This document shows, in pieces, positions 1 to 9,062 of a stretch of 14,923 nucleotides of DNA. Positions within the stretch are counted from its first letter, which is position 1; each line of letters starts with the position of its first letter. The position numbers and the translations under genes are program-made. Source of the stretch: Thermoplasmata archaeon (lineage in GTDB: Archaea > Thermoplasmatota > Thermoplasmata > GCA-020350865); contig CP070751.1 of NCBI GenBank assembly GCA_020348445.1, forward strand, positions 1,256,025-1,270,947, written 5' to 3'. The notes under the pieces were generated by a model. It did no database searches and was not told the DNA's origin. It saw only the letters and a program-made list of their open reading frames with translations.

Positions 1-2
1 TA

Positions 3-1322
3 AAATGCAAAGGCTCTCTTTCCTCTCCAAAACCATTTAATTTGATGTTCGAATTGGCCATAGGTGCCGGTTTAAAGGGGGGGAGAAAGGGCTATCTCAG
101 GCCAGAGACGGCCCAGGGAATTTTCACGAATTTCGGACTGCTTTACCGCTATTTCAGGGAGAAGATGCCCTTTGGTGTGGTCCAGATAGGAAGGGGCTTC
201 AGAAACGAGATATCGCCAAGGCAGGGTGTTATAAGATTGAGGGAGCTCAACATGGCCGAGGCCGAGCTGTTCATCAATCCAGAAGATGATTTCTGGCCAA
301 GGTTTGACGAATTGAAAGAGGAGAACCTAAGCCTGGTTCCCAATTCCGGGGAGACTGTTTCCTTGACCCTGGGGGAGTCCATTGAAAAGGGCATAATAAA
401 AAAGCAGATTCTCGGGTACTTTGTTGCCTTAACCCAGAAGTTCCTGATTGAAGTGGGTTTGGATCCTGCGAAGTTAAGGTTCAGGCAGCACCTTTCAGAC
501 GAGATGGCCCATTATGCAGCAGACTGCTGGGACGCCGAGGCTGAGACTTCCTTTGGCTGGGTTGAGGTTGTTGGTGTTGCGGATAGAACCTGCTATGATC
601 TACAAGGCCACATCGACCACTCCAAACAGGATCTCAGGGCCTTTGAGAGATTTGAGGAGCCTGTTGAGGCTGAGGTCAAGAAGGTTATTCCCAAGGCCGA
701 GGTTCTCGGTCCCAAATTCAAATCCGATGCAGATAAGATCAAGGCTGCACTCGAGGAGATGGACGGGGGAGAACTTGAAGGCAAGGATTCGGTAACTATT
801 ACTGTGGACGGGCAGGATTTCGAAGTTGGTAAGGAATGCTATGAGATACAGATGGTAAAGGAGAAGACCTCTGGTAGAAGGTACGTACCGAGTGTCATCG
901 AGCCCTCCTACGGAATCGACAGGATTTTCTATTCGGTTTTGGAGCATGCGTATTTTGAGGAGGAGGATTATATTACCTTGCGCCTTGATCCCAGGATAGC
1001 TCCCATAAAGGTGGGGATTTTTCCCTTGATGCCCAAAGAAGAACTTTCTAAAAAGGCTAAACCAATTGATGAGCAATTGAGAAAAGAGGGCATAATGACA
1101 TACTATGATGAATCAGGCTCAATTGGGCGAAGGTACGCTAGGATGGACGAGATAGGGACACCCTTTTGCATAACAGTGGACTACGATACCTTGAAAGATG
1201 ATTCTGTCACCATAAGGGACAGGGATTCCAAGGAGCAGGTGAGGGTGAAAATAGGGGAGATTTTAGGGATTTTGGATGAACTTCTTTCGGGTAAGACCAA
1301 GCTCTCGGAAATCGGGGGATAG
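3..1322 (+). CDS. glyS: Glycine--tRNA ligase (archaeal/eukaryotic alpha2 type), 5'-truncated by window edge
   Basis: The frame is open from base 3 (KCKGSLSSPKPFNLMF...), so the ORF-track start at 42 is internal. Class II motif 2 FRNEISPR, motif 3 EPSYGIDR, C-terminal anticodon-binding domain (GSIGRRYARMDEIGTPFCITVD). Confidence 0.97.
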   Translation, partial: KCKGSLSSPKPFNLMFELAIGAGLKGGRKGYLRPETAQGIFTNFGLLYRYFREKMPFGVVQIGRGFRNEISPRQGVIRLRELNMAEAELFINPEDDFWPRFDELKEENLSLVPNSGETVSLTLGESIEKGIIKKQILGYFVALTQKFLIEVGLDPAKLRFRQHLSDEMAHYAADCWDAEAETSFGWVEVVGVADRTCYDLQGHIDHSKQDLRAFERFEEPVEAEVKKVIPKAEVLGPKFKSDADKIKAALEEMDGGELEGKDSVTITVDGQDFEVGKECYEIQMVKEKTSGRRYVPSVIEPSYGIDRIFYSVLEHAYFEEEDYITLRLDPRIAPIKVGIFPLMPKEELSKKAKPIDEQLRKEGIMTYYDESGSIGRRYARMDEIGTPFCITVDYDTLKDDSVTIRDRDSKEQVRVKIGEILGILDELLSGKTKLSEIGG

Positions 1323-1356
1323 CCAGGTTTTTAATATCTCCATATCCAAAATGCAC

Positions 1357-1368
1357 AAAGTTTATGTA
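1357..1368 (+). promoter_or_regulatory. Candidate BRE/TATA for the propeller-protein operon
   Basis: AAAG-TTTATGTA about 110 nt upstream of ATG 1475; resemblance to the archaeal consensus only. Confidence 0.35.
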
Positions 1369-1474
1369 TTCCTAAGGCCATTTATTTTTTAAGAGAACTG
1401 ACACTTCGTAAAAAACCTATGAGGGATTACGAAGGATCCAAGACCCTTTCGACGCGAAATTGGGGGAGGCAAAG

Positions 1475-3223
1475 ATGAGAAGGAAATTGATTAGTATTGT
1501 GCTGTGCACCTTGTTATTTATGACAGTTTTGATAGAAAAGGTACCAGAAAAAGGAAATGCACAGTTAATTGAGGAATGGGTAGCGAGGTATGATGGGCCT
1601 ATGAACAAACGCGACAGTGCTGTTGCTCTTGCTGTTGATAATGTGGGGAATGTATATGTTACAGGAGCCACTGATTGGAGTTTTAATAATCATTCTACTA
1701 GTGATATTGCGATTATAAAATACGATCCATCAGGAAATGAGCTCTGGAAGGTAAGATATGATGGACCTGGGCATGGCAAGGATTGGCCAACTGATATTTC
1801 CTTGGACCCTTTTGGGAATATTTATGTAATAGGAAATAGTAGAACTGGTCCTACTCGTAAGGATAGTGCTGACTATATCACTTTAAAGTATGATTCCAAT
1901 GGTAATGAACTCTGGGTAGCAAGATATGATGGTTTTGTGAATGGAGATGATCAGCCTCACGCTCTAGCCATTGACATATTAGGGAATGTATATGTGACCG
2001 GAGGAAGTCATGGGAGTAAATCCTCCAGTGGTTGGGGTTTTGACTACAACTATGTTACAATAAAATACGATTCCAATGGAAACGAGCTTTGGGTAGCAAG
2101 ATATAATAGTATAGGCAACAAAGATGAGATAGCCACTAGTATTACTATAGATCCATCTGGTAATATCTACATAACAGGGTATAGCGGTAATCGACATTCG
2201 GAAATGGATTATCTAACTGTAGCCTATGATAATAACGGTAATGAATTATGGGTAGCAGTGTACGACGGACCAGGAAATAATTGTGATTGGGCAAGTGATA
2301 TTGCCTTAGATCCCTTGGGAAATATTTATGTCACCGGACATAGCCGTAGCGAATCAGATCCATATCCTAATGGAAACAGCGATTATGCTACTATTAAGTA
2401 TGACCCGAATGGAAACCAGCTTTGGGTAGCTAGATACGACGGGTTATTAAATGAAGATGACGGCGCCAAGGCTATGGTTATTGATTCATCTGAAAATGTT
2501 ATTGTTACAGGATATATTCAAAATACATTAGGATCAAAATATGATTTCGGAACGATTGCATACGATTCAGAAGGAAATGAGCTTTGGATTTCAATATATA
2601 ACAGCCCGGGAAATGGTTGGGATAGCCCTGAAGCTATCGATGTGGATTTATCGGGAAACATCTATGTTGTTGGGACAAGTGGATTATGGACAGACGAGAA
2701 TTATACCACAATAGCATATGACAATTCAGGTAATCAATTATGGCTAGCAAGCTATGATGGTCCTGGAAACGACAGGGATATCGGTAATGATATTGCCTTG
2801 GACATCCATGGGAATGTATATATAACAGGGCAAAGTTCAGGCGGTGGGTCCGATTGGGATTCCCTTGATTGGGCTACTATCAAATATTCACATCCTTGGG
2901 TACGATTAAGGTGTAACGTCGACATCGACCCCAACACACTAAACCTCAAATCCAAAGGCCGATGGATTACTTGCTACATCGACCTACCAGGTTACGATGT
3001 AAACGAAATCGACATCAGCACCATTATACTTGAGGATACCATCCCCGCAGAATGGGGAGATATCCAGAACGATACCCTCATGGTGAAATTCGACAGGAGT
3101 GAGGTTGAAGATTTTATCGGAGCCCCCTTTGAGAGTATTGAGTTGACTGTAACAGGGGAACTTTATGATGGAACTCCGTTTGCAGGTAGCGATATAATTC
3201 GAGTGATTGAGCCTGGGGGATAA
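1475..3223 (+). CDS. Secreted SBBP-like beta-propeller repeat protein (8 repeats) with conserved C-terminal module
   Basis: SD GGAGG at 1465-1469 favours ATG 1475 over TTG 1460. Signal peptide MRRKLISIVLCTLLFMTVLI...GNA|Q. Eight ~55-aa repeats W.ARYDG...D...IA.D..GN.YVTG.S...DY.TIKYD..GN. 101-aa C-terminal module. Confidence 0.9.
   Translation: MRRKLISIVLCTLLFMTVLIEKVPEKGNAQLIEEWVARYDGPMNKRDSAVALAVDNVGNVYVTGATDWSFNNHSTSDIAIIKYDPSGNELWKVRYDGPGHGKDWPTDISLDPFGNIYVIGNSRTGPTRKDSADYITLKYDSNGNELWVARYDGFVNGDDQPHALAIDILGNVYVTGGSHGSKSSSGWGFDYNYVTIKYDSNGNELWVARYNSIGNKDEIATSITIDPSGNIYITGYSGNRHSEMDYLTVAYDNNGNELWVAVYDGPGNNCDWASDIALDPLGNIYVTGHSRSESDPYPNGNSDYATIKYDPNGNQLWVARYDGLLNEDDGAKAMVIDSSENVIVTGYIQNTLGSKYDFGTIAYDSEGNELWISIYNSPGNGWDSPEAIDVDLSGNIYVVGTSGLWTDENYTTIAYDNSGNQLWLASYDGPGNDRDIGNDIALDIHGNVYITGQSSGGGSDWDSLDWATIKYSHPWVRLRCNVDIDPNTLNLKSKGRWITCYIDLPGYDVNEIDISTIILEDTIPAEWGDIQNDTLMVKFDRSEVEDFIGAPFESIELTVTGELYDGTPFAGSDIIRVIEPGG
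2918..3220 (+). repeat. C-terminal module, copy 1 (paralogous to 5488-5790)
   Basis: VDIDPNTLNLKSKGRWITCYI...GSDIIRVIEPGG; 81/101 aa identical to copy 2 by manual alignment. Confidence 0.95.
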
Positions 3224-3225
3224 GG

Positions 3226-5793
3226 ATGAATCCAAAAATAAGAAAAATATTTTCCTTAATCATGAGTATCTTTATTGTTGCTACAATTTTTATGTTTGAG
3301 GTTCCAAATAAGGTGCAGGCCCAACCTACCGAGGAATGGGTTGACAGATACAATGGACTTGGAGATAAAAACGATTATATTGAAGAAATAGCTGTGGACT
3401 CTTCTGGAAATCTAATCGTAGCTGGAACCTGTTATAAATTTTATTCAAAAAACGATTTTTTGACAATAAAATATGATCCACAGGGTAACAAACTCTGGGA
3501 GGTTACCTTTGACGCTTATTATCATCATGACTTTCTTCATGCAATGACAATTGATGATTCTCAGAATATATATGTGACAGGAGCCAACGTAGGGCTCGGT
3601 ACTGATGAAGATTTTGTCACGATCAAGTATGATTCAGATGGAAACGAGATATGGGTCAAAAGATATAACGGCCCGGACAATTATAAGGATAGCCCTTCGG
3701 ATATTGCTGTAGATCCTCAGGGAAATGTGTATGTCACTGGATACAGTTATGGAATTGACACTCGTCACGATTACATTACAATAAAATATGATTCGTCAGG
3801 AAACGAGCAATGGGTAGCTCGATACAACGGACCCGGTGTTGTCCGTGATTATGCAAATGCAATTGCTGTGGACTCAAATAAAAACGTCTTTGTCACGGGA
3901 AGAAGTTATAGCCTCGATTACTATTTTGATTTTGTGACTATTAAATACGATGCAAATGGCAACCAAATATGGATTAACAGATATAATGGACCAGGATTTT
4001 ACTTTGATAATGCCACAGCAATTGTCTTGGATTCATCTGAAAATATTTACGTTACTGGTGTAAGTTTTGGGAAGGGAAAATCCTATGACTATGCCACTGT
4101 GGCATACGATCAACAGGGAAACACACTTTGGATCTCAAGATTTAACGGCCCTGGAAATGGCGATGATTTTGTTTCTGCAATGAGATTGGACCCCTTTGAT
4201 AATATTATTGTCACAGGTTACAGTCATCAAGGGAGATTCCATAACTATGATTATGTCACCATTAAGTACGATAGAAACGGAAACGAGCTTTGGATTGCTA
4301 GGTACAATGGCCCGGAAAATAGATCAGATGTGGCTAGGGATATTTATATTGATAGATATGGAAATACTTATGTTACAGGATCAAGTGAAAATCCCAATAA
4401 TATAACCGAGTTCGTAACTATTAAATACGATACCATGGGAAATGAACAATTCATCAAGAAATATGAACGCCTAAACAGCGATAGAAATGAGGGCCAGTAC
4501 TTGGTGGTGGATGCAGAGGGAAATATCTACGTTTGTGGGTATTGCATAGGCCTTGGGACGTACCTTGATTTCATAACAATCAAATATTCACCACCTTCTC
4601 AAGATCAGCTCATATTTGCAGATGCAGGAGAAGATCAGACAGTATACGAGGGAGATTTGGTGCATTTCGATGGAAGTAACTCTTCTGTATCAGAAGGTGA
4701 AATTCTAGAATACCAATGGGATTTTGATGCAAGTATTGATTCAGATGGAGATGGTAATCCCACAAATGATGTGGACGCAACCGGACCCACTCCTACTTAT
4801 ATGTATGTAGATAACGGGATTTACACTGCGACTCTTACTGTTAGATCAATGGTACCTCGGGAGACAATCCAAAAGGTTGACCAAGATGTCATGTTGGTTA
4901 TAGATAGCTCTAACAGTATGCTTTGGAACGATCATATTGATATGAGGATACATGCCGCAAAGAGCTATCTGAACTGCCTCATCCCGGATGATAGAATGGG
5001 TGTCGTGAATTTCGACACTTCCGCTTATCTTCAAGAGTTAAATACGGACTACAGGAATATCGTGGATATCTTGGAGGCAATTGACAGCTTCGGGGGAGAT
5101 CCCATGGGGATTCCCACTACTTCTGTTTCACCAGCACTGGATTTGGCAATCAGTGAACTTACGGAAAACGGTGATCCAAATCATGAGTGGGTTATCATTC
5201 TCCTGTCTGATTTAGAGGTAATACATTCTGATGTTGATGATATATATGTGCAGATCGATCGGGCTGCTGCAAATGGAATCAGGATATACACAGTTGGTTT
5301 GAACGCTGATACTCCACTTTTGGGAGAAATTGCTAATGCGACCTATGGAATGTTCTATCAAAATCCGAACTCCTCCAACATGAAAGCAATCTTCCAGAAT
5401 GTATCGGAAAAAGCAGGGAATACATATTACGAAGAGCTCTCTGATAACGACACTTGTGAGATAACCGTAATATCGGTGCCAGACACAATTGAAATCGATC
5501 CAGACACTTTAAATCTAGATTCAAAAGGAAGATGGATCACGTGTTATATATACCTACACAGATACGATGTCAACGACATAGATATAAGTTCCATCATGCT
5601 CGAGGATTTGATTCTCGCAGAATGGGGAGACATCCAAAACGACACTCTAATGGTAAAGTTCGATAGGAGCGAGGTTGAAGATTTTATCGGAGCCCCCAAT
5701 GAAAGCATTGAGTTGACGGTTAGAGGTGAGCTTTTTGATGGAACATCCTTTCAGGGCTCAGATACTATAAGAGTTATAGATCCTGGGAAATAA
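3226..5793 (+). CDS. Secreted protein: 8 SBBP-like repeats + PKD domain with inserted vWA domain + conserved C-terminal module
   Basis: Signal peptide ending VQA|Q. Eight propeller repeats. PKD signature DAGEDQTVYEGDLVHFDGSNS...YQWDF...Y.DNGIYTATLTV. vWA MIDAS DSSNS at 4903-4917. Starts 2 nt after the upstream stop. Confidence 0.9.
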   Translation: MNPKIRKIFSLIMSIFIVATIFMFEVPNKVQAQPTEEWVDRYNGLGDKNDYIEEIAVDSSGNLIVAGTCYKFYSKNDFLTIKYDPQGNKLWEVTFDAYYHHDFLHAMTIDDSQNIYVTGANVGLGTDEDFVTIKYDSDGNEIWVKRYNGPDNYKDSPSDIAVDPQGNVYVTGYSYGIDTRHDYITIKYDSSGNEQWVARYNGPGVVRDYANAIAVDSNKNVFVTGRSYSLDYYFDFVTIKYDANGNQIWINRYNGPGFYFDNATAIVLDSSENIYVTGVSFGKGKSYDYATVAYDQQGNTLWISRFNGPGNGDDFVSAMRLDPFDNIIVTGYSHQGRFHNYDYVTIKYDRNGNELWIARYNGPENRSDVARDIYIDRYGNTYVTGSSENPNNITEFVTIKYDTMGNEQFIKKYERLNSDRNEGQYLVVDAEGNIYVCGYCIGLGTYLDFITIKYSPPSQDQLIFADAGEDQTVYEGDLVHFDGSNSSVSEGEILEYQWDFDASIDSDGDGNPTNDVDATGPTPTYMYVDNGIYTATLTVRSMVPRETIQKVDQDVMLVIDSSNSMLWNDHIDMRIHAAKSYLNCLIPDDRMGVVNFDTSAYLQELNTDYRNIVDILEAIDSFGGDPMGIPTTSVSPALDLAISELTENGDPNHEWVIILLSDLEVIHSDVDDIYVQIDRAAANGIRIYTVGLNADTPLLGEIANATYGMFYQNPNSSNMKAIFQNVSEKAGNTYYEELSDNDTCEITVISVPDTIEIDPDTLNLDSKGRWITCYIYLHRYDVNDIDISSIMLEDLILAEWGDIQNDTLMVKFDRSEVEDFIGAPNESIELTVRGELFDGTSFQGSDTIRVIDPGK
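5488..5790 (+). repeat. C-terminal module, copy 2
   Basis: IEIDPDTLNLDSKGRWITCYI...GSDTIRVIDPGK; 27-aa block AEWGDIQNDTLMVKFDRSEVEDFIGAP identical in both copies. Confidence 0.95.
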
Positions 5794-5815
5794 TCCCGAG
5801 AAAATGCATCCTATG

Positions 5816-6214
5816 TTACTCTTTAAAATCCCTCAACCTCAGCACCTTGATATTTGATTTTTTAACAGGTAAAAAGTGCTTGTCCCCTGTCACTATTGCA
5901 TAGCCTGTTGCCAAACTGCATGCTACAATGGGGACATCATCCTTGTCCTTAATCAATTTGGTAGCCTCCTTTACTTTATCCTCGTAGATTTTGGATTCTA
6001 TCCAGGAAATTGGAAGGCTCTCGAAAAGATCTGTTATCTCCTCTTTTTTATAGCTCAACTTCGTAATCAAAATACGCTCTAGTTCATTTTTGACATGTTC
6101 AGGTGAGAACAACCTCATCTCCCCGAAAATCGCCATTTGAATCAGATGGGCTGCAGGGGATTCTTCCGAGTACAATGCCGAGAAAATTATATTTGTATCT
6201 ATGATGAGGTTCAA
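5816..6214 (-). CDS. vapC: PIN-domain (VapC-like) toxin
   Basis: IIDTNIIFSAL N-terminal motif; acidic tetrad candidates in DTN, EHVKNEL, DKDD, TGDKHF. TTG start overlaps the antitoxin TGA (TTGA). Confidence 0.88.
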   Translation of the reverse strand: MNLIIDTNIIFSALYSEESPAAHLIQMAIFGEMRLFSPEHVKNELERILITKLSYKKEEITDLFESLPISWIESKIYEDKVKEATKLIKDKDDVPIVACSLATGYAIVTGDKHFLPVKKSNIKVLRLRDFKE

Positions 6215-6411
6215 TTAATCAAATCCTCAAGCTTCAGTTTCTTTTCCTTCATCTTCCTTCTGAAGGTTTTGCTTGCCTTCTGGAACTTGCTCTTTTTATG
6301 CTCGATAATAAGCTCCTTTATGAGATCGTCAACACTGTTGTAACCCTCCTCGATCTTCATTATCTGGATATCCTTTCTTGTCTTATCAGATACTGCAATT
6401 GTGGTCATCAT
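6211..6411 (-). CDS. Putative ribbon-helix-helix antitoxin (VapB-like)
   Basis: 66 aa; TTIAVS beta-strand followed by two helices (SVDDLIKELI); directly upstream of and overlapping the PIN gene. Confidence 0.8.
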   Translation of the reverse strand: MMTTIAVSDKTRKDIQIMKIEEGYNSVDDLIKELIIEHKKSKFQKASKTFRRKMKEKKLKLEDLIN

Positions 6412-6419
6412 AGTATCAT

Positions 6420-6446
6420 AGTTATATAATATTATAACTTTATAAA
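6420..6446 (-). promoter_or_regulatory. TA operon promoter: TATA (TTTATAAA, 6439-6446) and operator inverted repeat AGTTATA-N6-TATAACT (6420-6439)
   Basis: 7-bp perfect arms between the TATA box and the antitoxin ATG, the usual geometry for TA autorepression. Confidence 0.6.
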
Positions 6447-6557
6447 TGTTTTGGAGTATGAACTTGAAAAAGAAATTGTATTTTTGTCATACCAAAAATC
6501 CTAATTAATTGTACCACATTACCCCAATTGCGCAGTAACCTAAATTGTGGGAATGTT

Positions 6558-7028
6558 ATGGCTTTTGAGATCTCTGTTGTGAGCAATACACCTCTAACAC
6601 CCCTGGATGATGTGGATGAGGTGGCCCTGACTTTTCTTACCCAGATAGGCTACATTCCAAAGGGCTACGACCCAAAAACTGGCACAACAGATGTGAAAAA
6701 GAGCGTACCGTACAAGTTGTTCACAGAATGTTTCATGGGTCATCCCGAGAAGGGATGGCTCGTGGAAGAGCTTGCAGTGGAGCTTAAGACAACAAAGCCC
6801 ACGATTTACAGACATATAAACAAATTAAAGGATCTGGATATCCTTGAGGAGATGCATGTTGAGAAGGAGGAAGGACGCACCTCCAAGGCCTACAGGATAA
6901 GATACGGCAACCTGTCCAAGGCCTGGAACTTCGTGGAGGCACATTTGGAGGTGGCAACAGAAAATTACCGCAAGACAGCAGATCATCTTCAGAATCTTGT
7001 TGATAAGAAAAGAAAGAAAAGGAAGTGA
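6558..7028 (+). CDS. Winged helix-turn-helix transcriptional regulator (ArsR/TrmB-like)
   Basis: HTH WLVEELAVELKTTKPTIYRHINKLKDLDILEE plus wing KAYRIR. ATG 6558 preferred over the TTG at 6528. Confidence 0.8.
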   Translation: MAFEISVVSNTPLTPLDDVDEVALTFLTQIGYIPKGYDPKTGTTDVKKSVPYKLFTECFMGHPEKGWLVEELAVELKTTKPTIYRHINKLKDLDILEEMHVEKEEGRTSKAYRIRYGNLSKAWNFVEAHLEVATENYRKTADHLQNLVDKKRKKRK

Positions 7029-7034
7029 AGTCAC

Positions 7035-7319
7035 ATGAAGGATAATGCACAGTTTCAGATGACAGTGGGTTCGAAGTACAAGATTAGGTCCCTGGAATCA
7101 AGGGACAAACCACTAATAACGCAGGGAATATTCAAAGGCTATGCCGCCTTTGGCCATGAGGATGCCCTTGTCATGGAACTTGACGATTCCCATGGCGAGG
7201 ACGCAGGAAAAACAAGGGTCCTCCCTGGACATATGATTTTGGCTATTGATGTCCTATCCACGGTGGTGGATAAAGTATCAAAGGGTAAGGAAGACGAAAC
7301 AGCGACATATTTCGGATAA
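7035..7319 (+). CDS. Small hypothetical protein, predicted beta-rich Sm/LSm-like fold
   Basis: 94 aa, 6 nt after the wHTH stop, SD-like GAAGTGA. Strand pattern KYKIRS / ITQGIFKGY / ALVMEL / KTRVLPGHMILAIDV resembles Sm1+Sm2. Confidence 0.75.
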   Translation: MKDNAQFQMTVGSKYKIRSLESRDKPLITQGIFKGYAAFGHEDALVMELDDSHGEDAGKTRVLPGHMILAIDVLSTVVDKVSKGKEDETATYFG

Positions 7320-7373
7320 GCGATATTCTCACTTTCCTGGATTCAAATTCAGCTTATTATATGAGGAAGAGCC

Positions 7374-9053
7374 ATGCCCAAAAAAGAAGATATGGAAGCC
7401 ATAAAAAGAGAAAAGGCTGAATGGGAGAAAAAGAGACTAGAAGATATTTTAAAATCGCATCCAGAAAGAAGAGGGGAATTTATTACAACCTCAAGCCAAA
7501 CAGTGGATAGATTGTACACACCTGATGATATCTCTAATATGGATTATGAAAAAGATCTGGGATTTCCCGGAGAAAAGCCGTATACAAGGGGAGTTCAACC
7601 CACCATGTTCAGGGGAAGACTGTGGACAATGCGCCAGTACGCTGGTTTCGGCACGGCAGAGGAGTCAAATAAGCGATACAGGTACCTGTTGGACCAGGGT
7701 CAGACCGGTCTTTCAGTTGCATTTGATTTGCCCACCCAAATAGGATATGATTCAGATCATCCCCTTTCCAAAGGTGAGGTGGGTAAGGTGGGAGTGGCAA
7801 TAGATTCTTTGGCAGATATGGAAGTTCTCTTTGATGGTATTTCGCTGGATAAAATCAGCACTTCCATGACCATAAACTCCCCTGCCTCGATTCTATTGGC
7901 GATGTATATCGCACTTGCAGAGAAGCAGGGAGTTTCCCCAAGGGAATTACAGGGTACAATTCAAAACGACATTCTGAAGGAGTACACAGCCCGGGGAACA
8001 TACATCTTTCCTCCCAAACCCTCCATGAGGTTGATTTGCGATGTATTTGAATACTGCTCAGAAAATATGCCCAGATGGAATACAATTAGCATCTCAGGGT
8101 ATCATATAAGGGAGGCAGGCTCCACCGCGATCCAGGAGGTTGCATTCACTTTGGCAGATGGTATTGCCTATGTCGAAGCAGCCATTGAAAAGGGCTTGAA
8201 TGTGGATGATTTTGCTCCCCGCCTTGCCTTCTTCTTCAATGCACACAATGATTTATTTGAGGAGGTTGCAAAGCTTAGAGCCGCAAGACGTCTTTGGGCC
8301 AGGATAATGAAGGAGCGCTTTTCTGCTACAAACCCAAAGTCCTGCATGCTGCGCTTTCACACCCAGACTGCAGGGTGCTCACTTACTGCCCAACAGCCTG
8401 AAAACAATATCGTGCGTGTTACTATGCAAGCTCTTGCTGCCGTGCTTGGCGGGACTCAATCTCTGCACACGAACTCCATGGACGAGGCCCTGGCACTGCC
8501 AACAGAGGAGGCTGTTCGAACCGCACTTCGTACGCAGCAGATCATAGCCCATGAAAGCGGTTGTGTAAACACAATCGATCCCCTCGGTGGAAGTTATTTT
8601 GTGGAGGCAATGACAGATAGAATAGAGAGGGCGGCTATGGAGTACATACAGAAGATCGATTCTATGGGTGGTATGCTTGTTTCAGTGGAGAAGGGCTATA
8701 TACAAAAGGAAATCCACGAAAGTGCATATGTATATCAGAAGCAGATCGAACGCAAGGAACGATTGATAGTGGGTGTGAACAGATTTGAAATGGACGAGAA
8801 GATTCCCATGAAGATCCTGAAGGTTCCACCAGAGATCGAGAAAAAACAGGTTGAAAGGGTAAAGAAGCTCAGAAGTGAAAGGGATAACAAAGAGGTGGAG
8901 GATGCTCTTGAGAATCTGAAACAGGTGGCCGAGGGAGATGAAAATACAATGCCCGTGATTTTGCAGGCAGTGAAATCCTATGCCACACTTGGGGAAGTAT
9001 GTGATGTGTTCAGGGAGGTCTTTGGGGAGTATCAGGCTCCCAACATATTTTAG
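7374..9053 (+). CDS. mcmA: Methylmalonyl-CoA mutase, large (substrate-binding TIM barrel) subunit; no B12-binding domain
   Basis: [10 protein letters not shown] (Y89), [16 protein letters not shown] (R207), [11 protein letters not shown] (Y243/H244), [11 protein letters not shown]. Ends without a DxHxxG domain. Confidence 0.95.
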   Translation: MPKKEDMEAIKREKAEWEKKRLEDILKSHPERRGEFITTSSQTVDRLYTPDDISNMDYEKDLGFPGEKPYTRGVQPTMFRGRLWTMRQYAGFGTAEESNKRYRYLLDQGQTGLSVAFDLPTQIGYDSDHPLSKGEVGKVGVAIDSLADMEVLFDGISLDKISTSMTINSPASILLAMYIALAEKQGVSPRELQGTIQNDILKEYTARGTYIFPPKPSMRLICDVFEYCSENMPRWNTISISGYHIREAGSTAIQEVAFTLADGIAYVEAAIEKGLNVDDFAPRLAFFFNAHNDLFEEVAKLRAARRLWARIMKERFSATNPKSCMLRFHTQTAGCSLTAQQPENNIVRVTMQALAAVLGGTQSLHTNSMDEALALPTEEAVRTALRTQQIIAHESGCVNTIDPLGGSYFVEAMTDRIERAAMEYIQKIDSMGGMLVSVEKGYIQKEIHESAYVYQKQIERKERLIVGVNRFEMDEKIPMKILKVPPEIEKKQVERVKKLRSERDNKEVEDALENLKQVAEGDENTMPVILQAVKSYATLGEVCDVFREVFGEYQAPNIF

Positions 9054-9062
9054 GTGATTTGT

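Noticed and set aside
1475-5793. DGR-type diversification of propeller loops; Tat signal in MRRKL
   Set aside because: No reverse transcriptase or template/variable repeat pair with adenine-specific differences; RRKL lacks the S/T-RR-x-F-L context.
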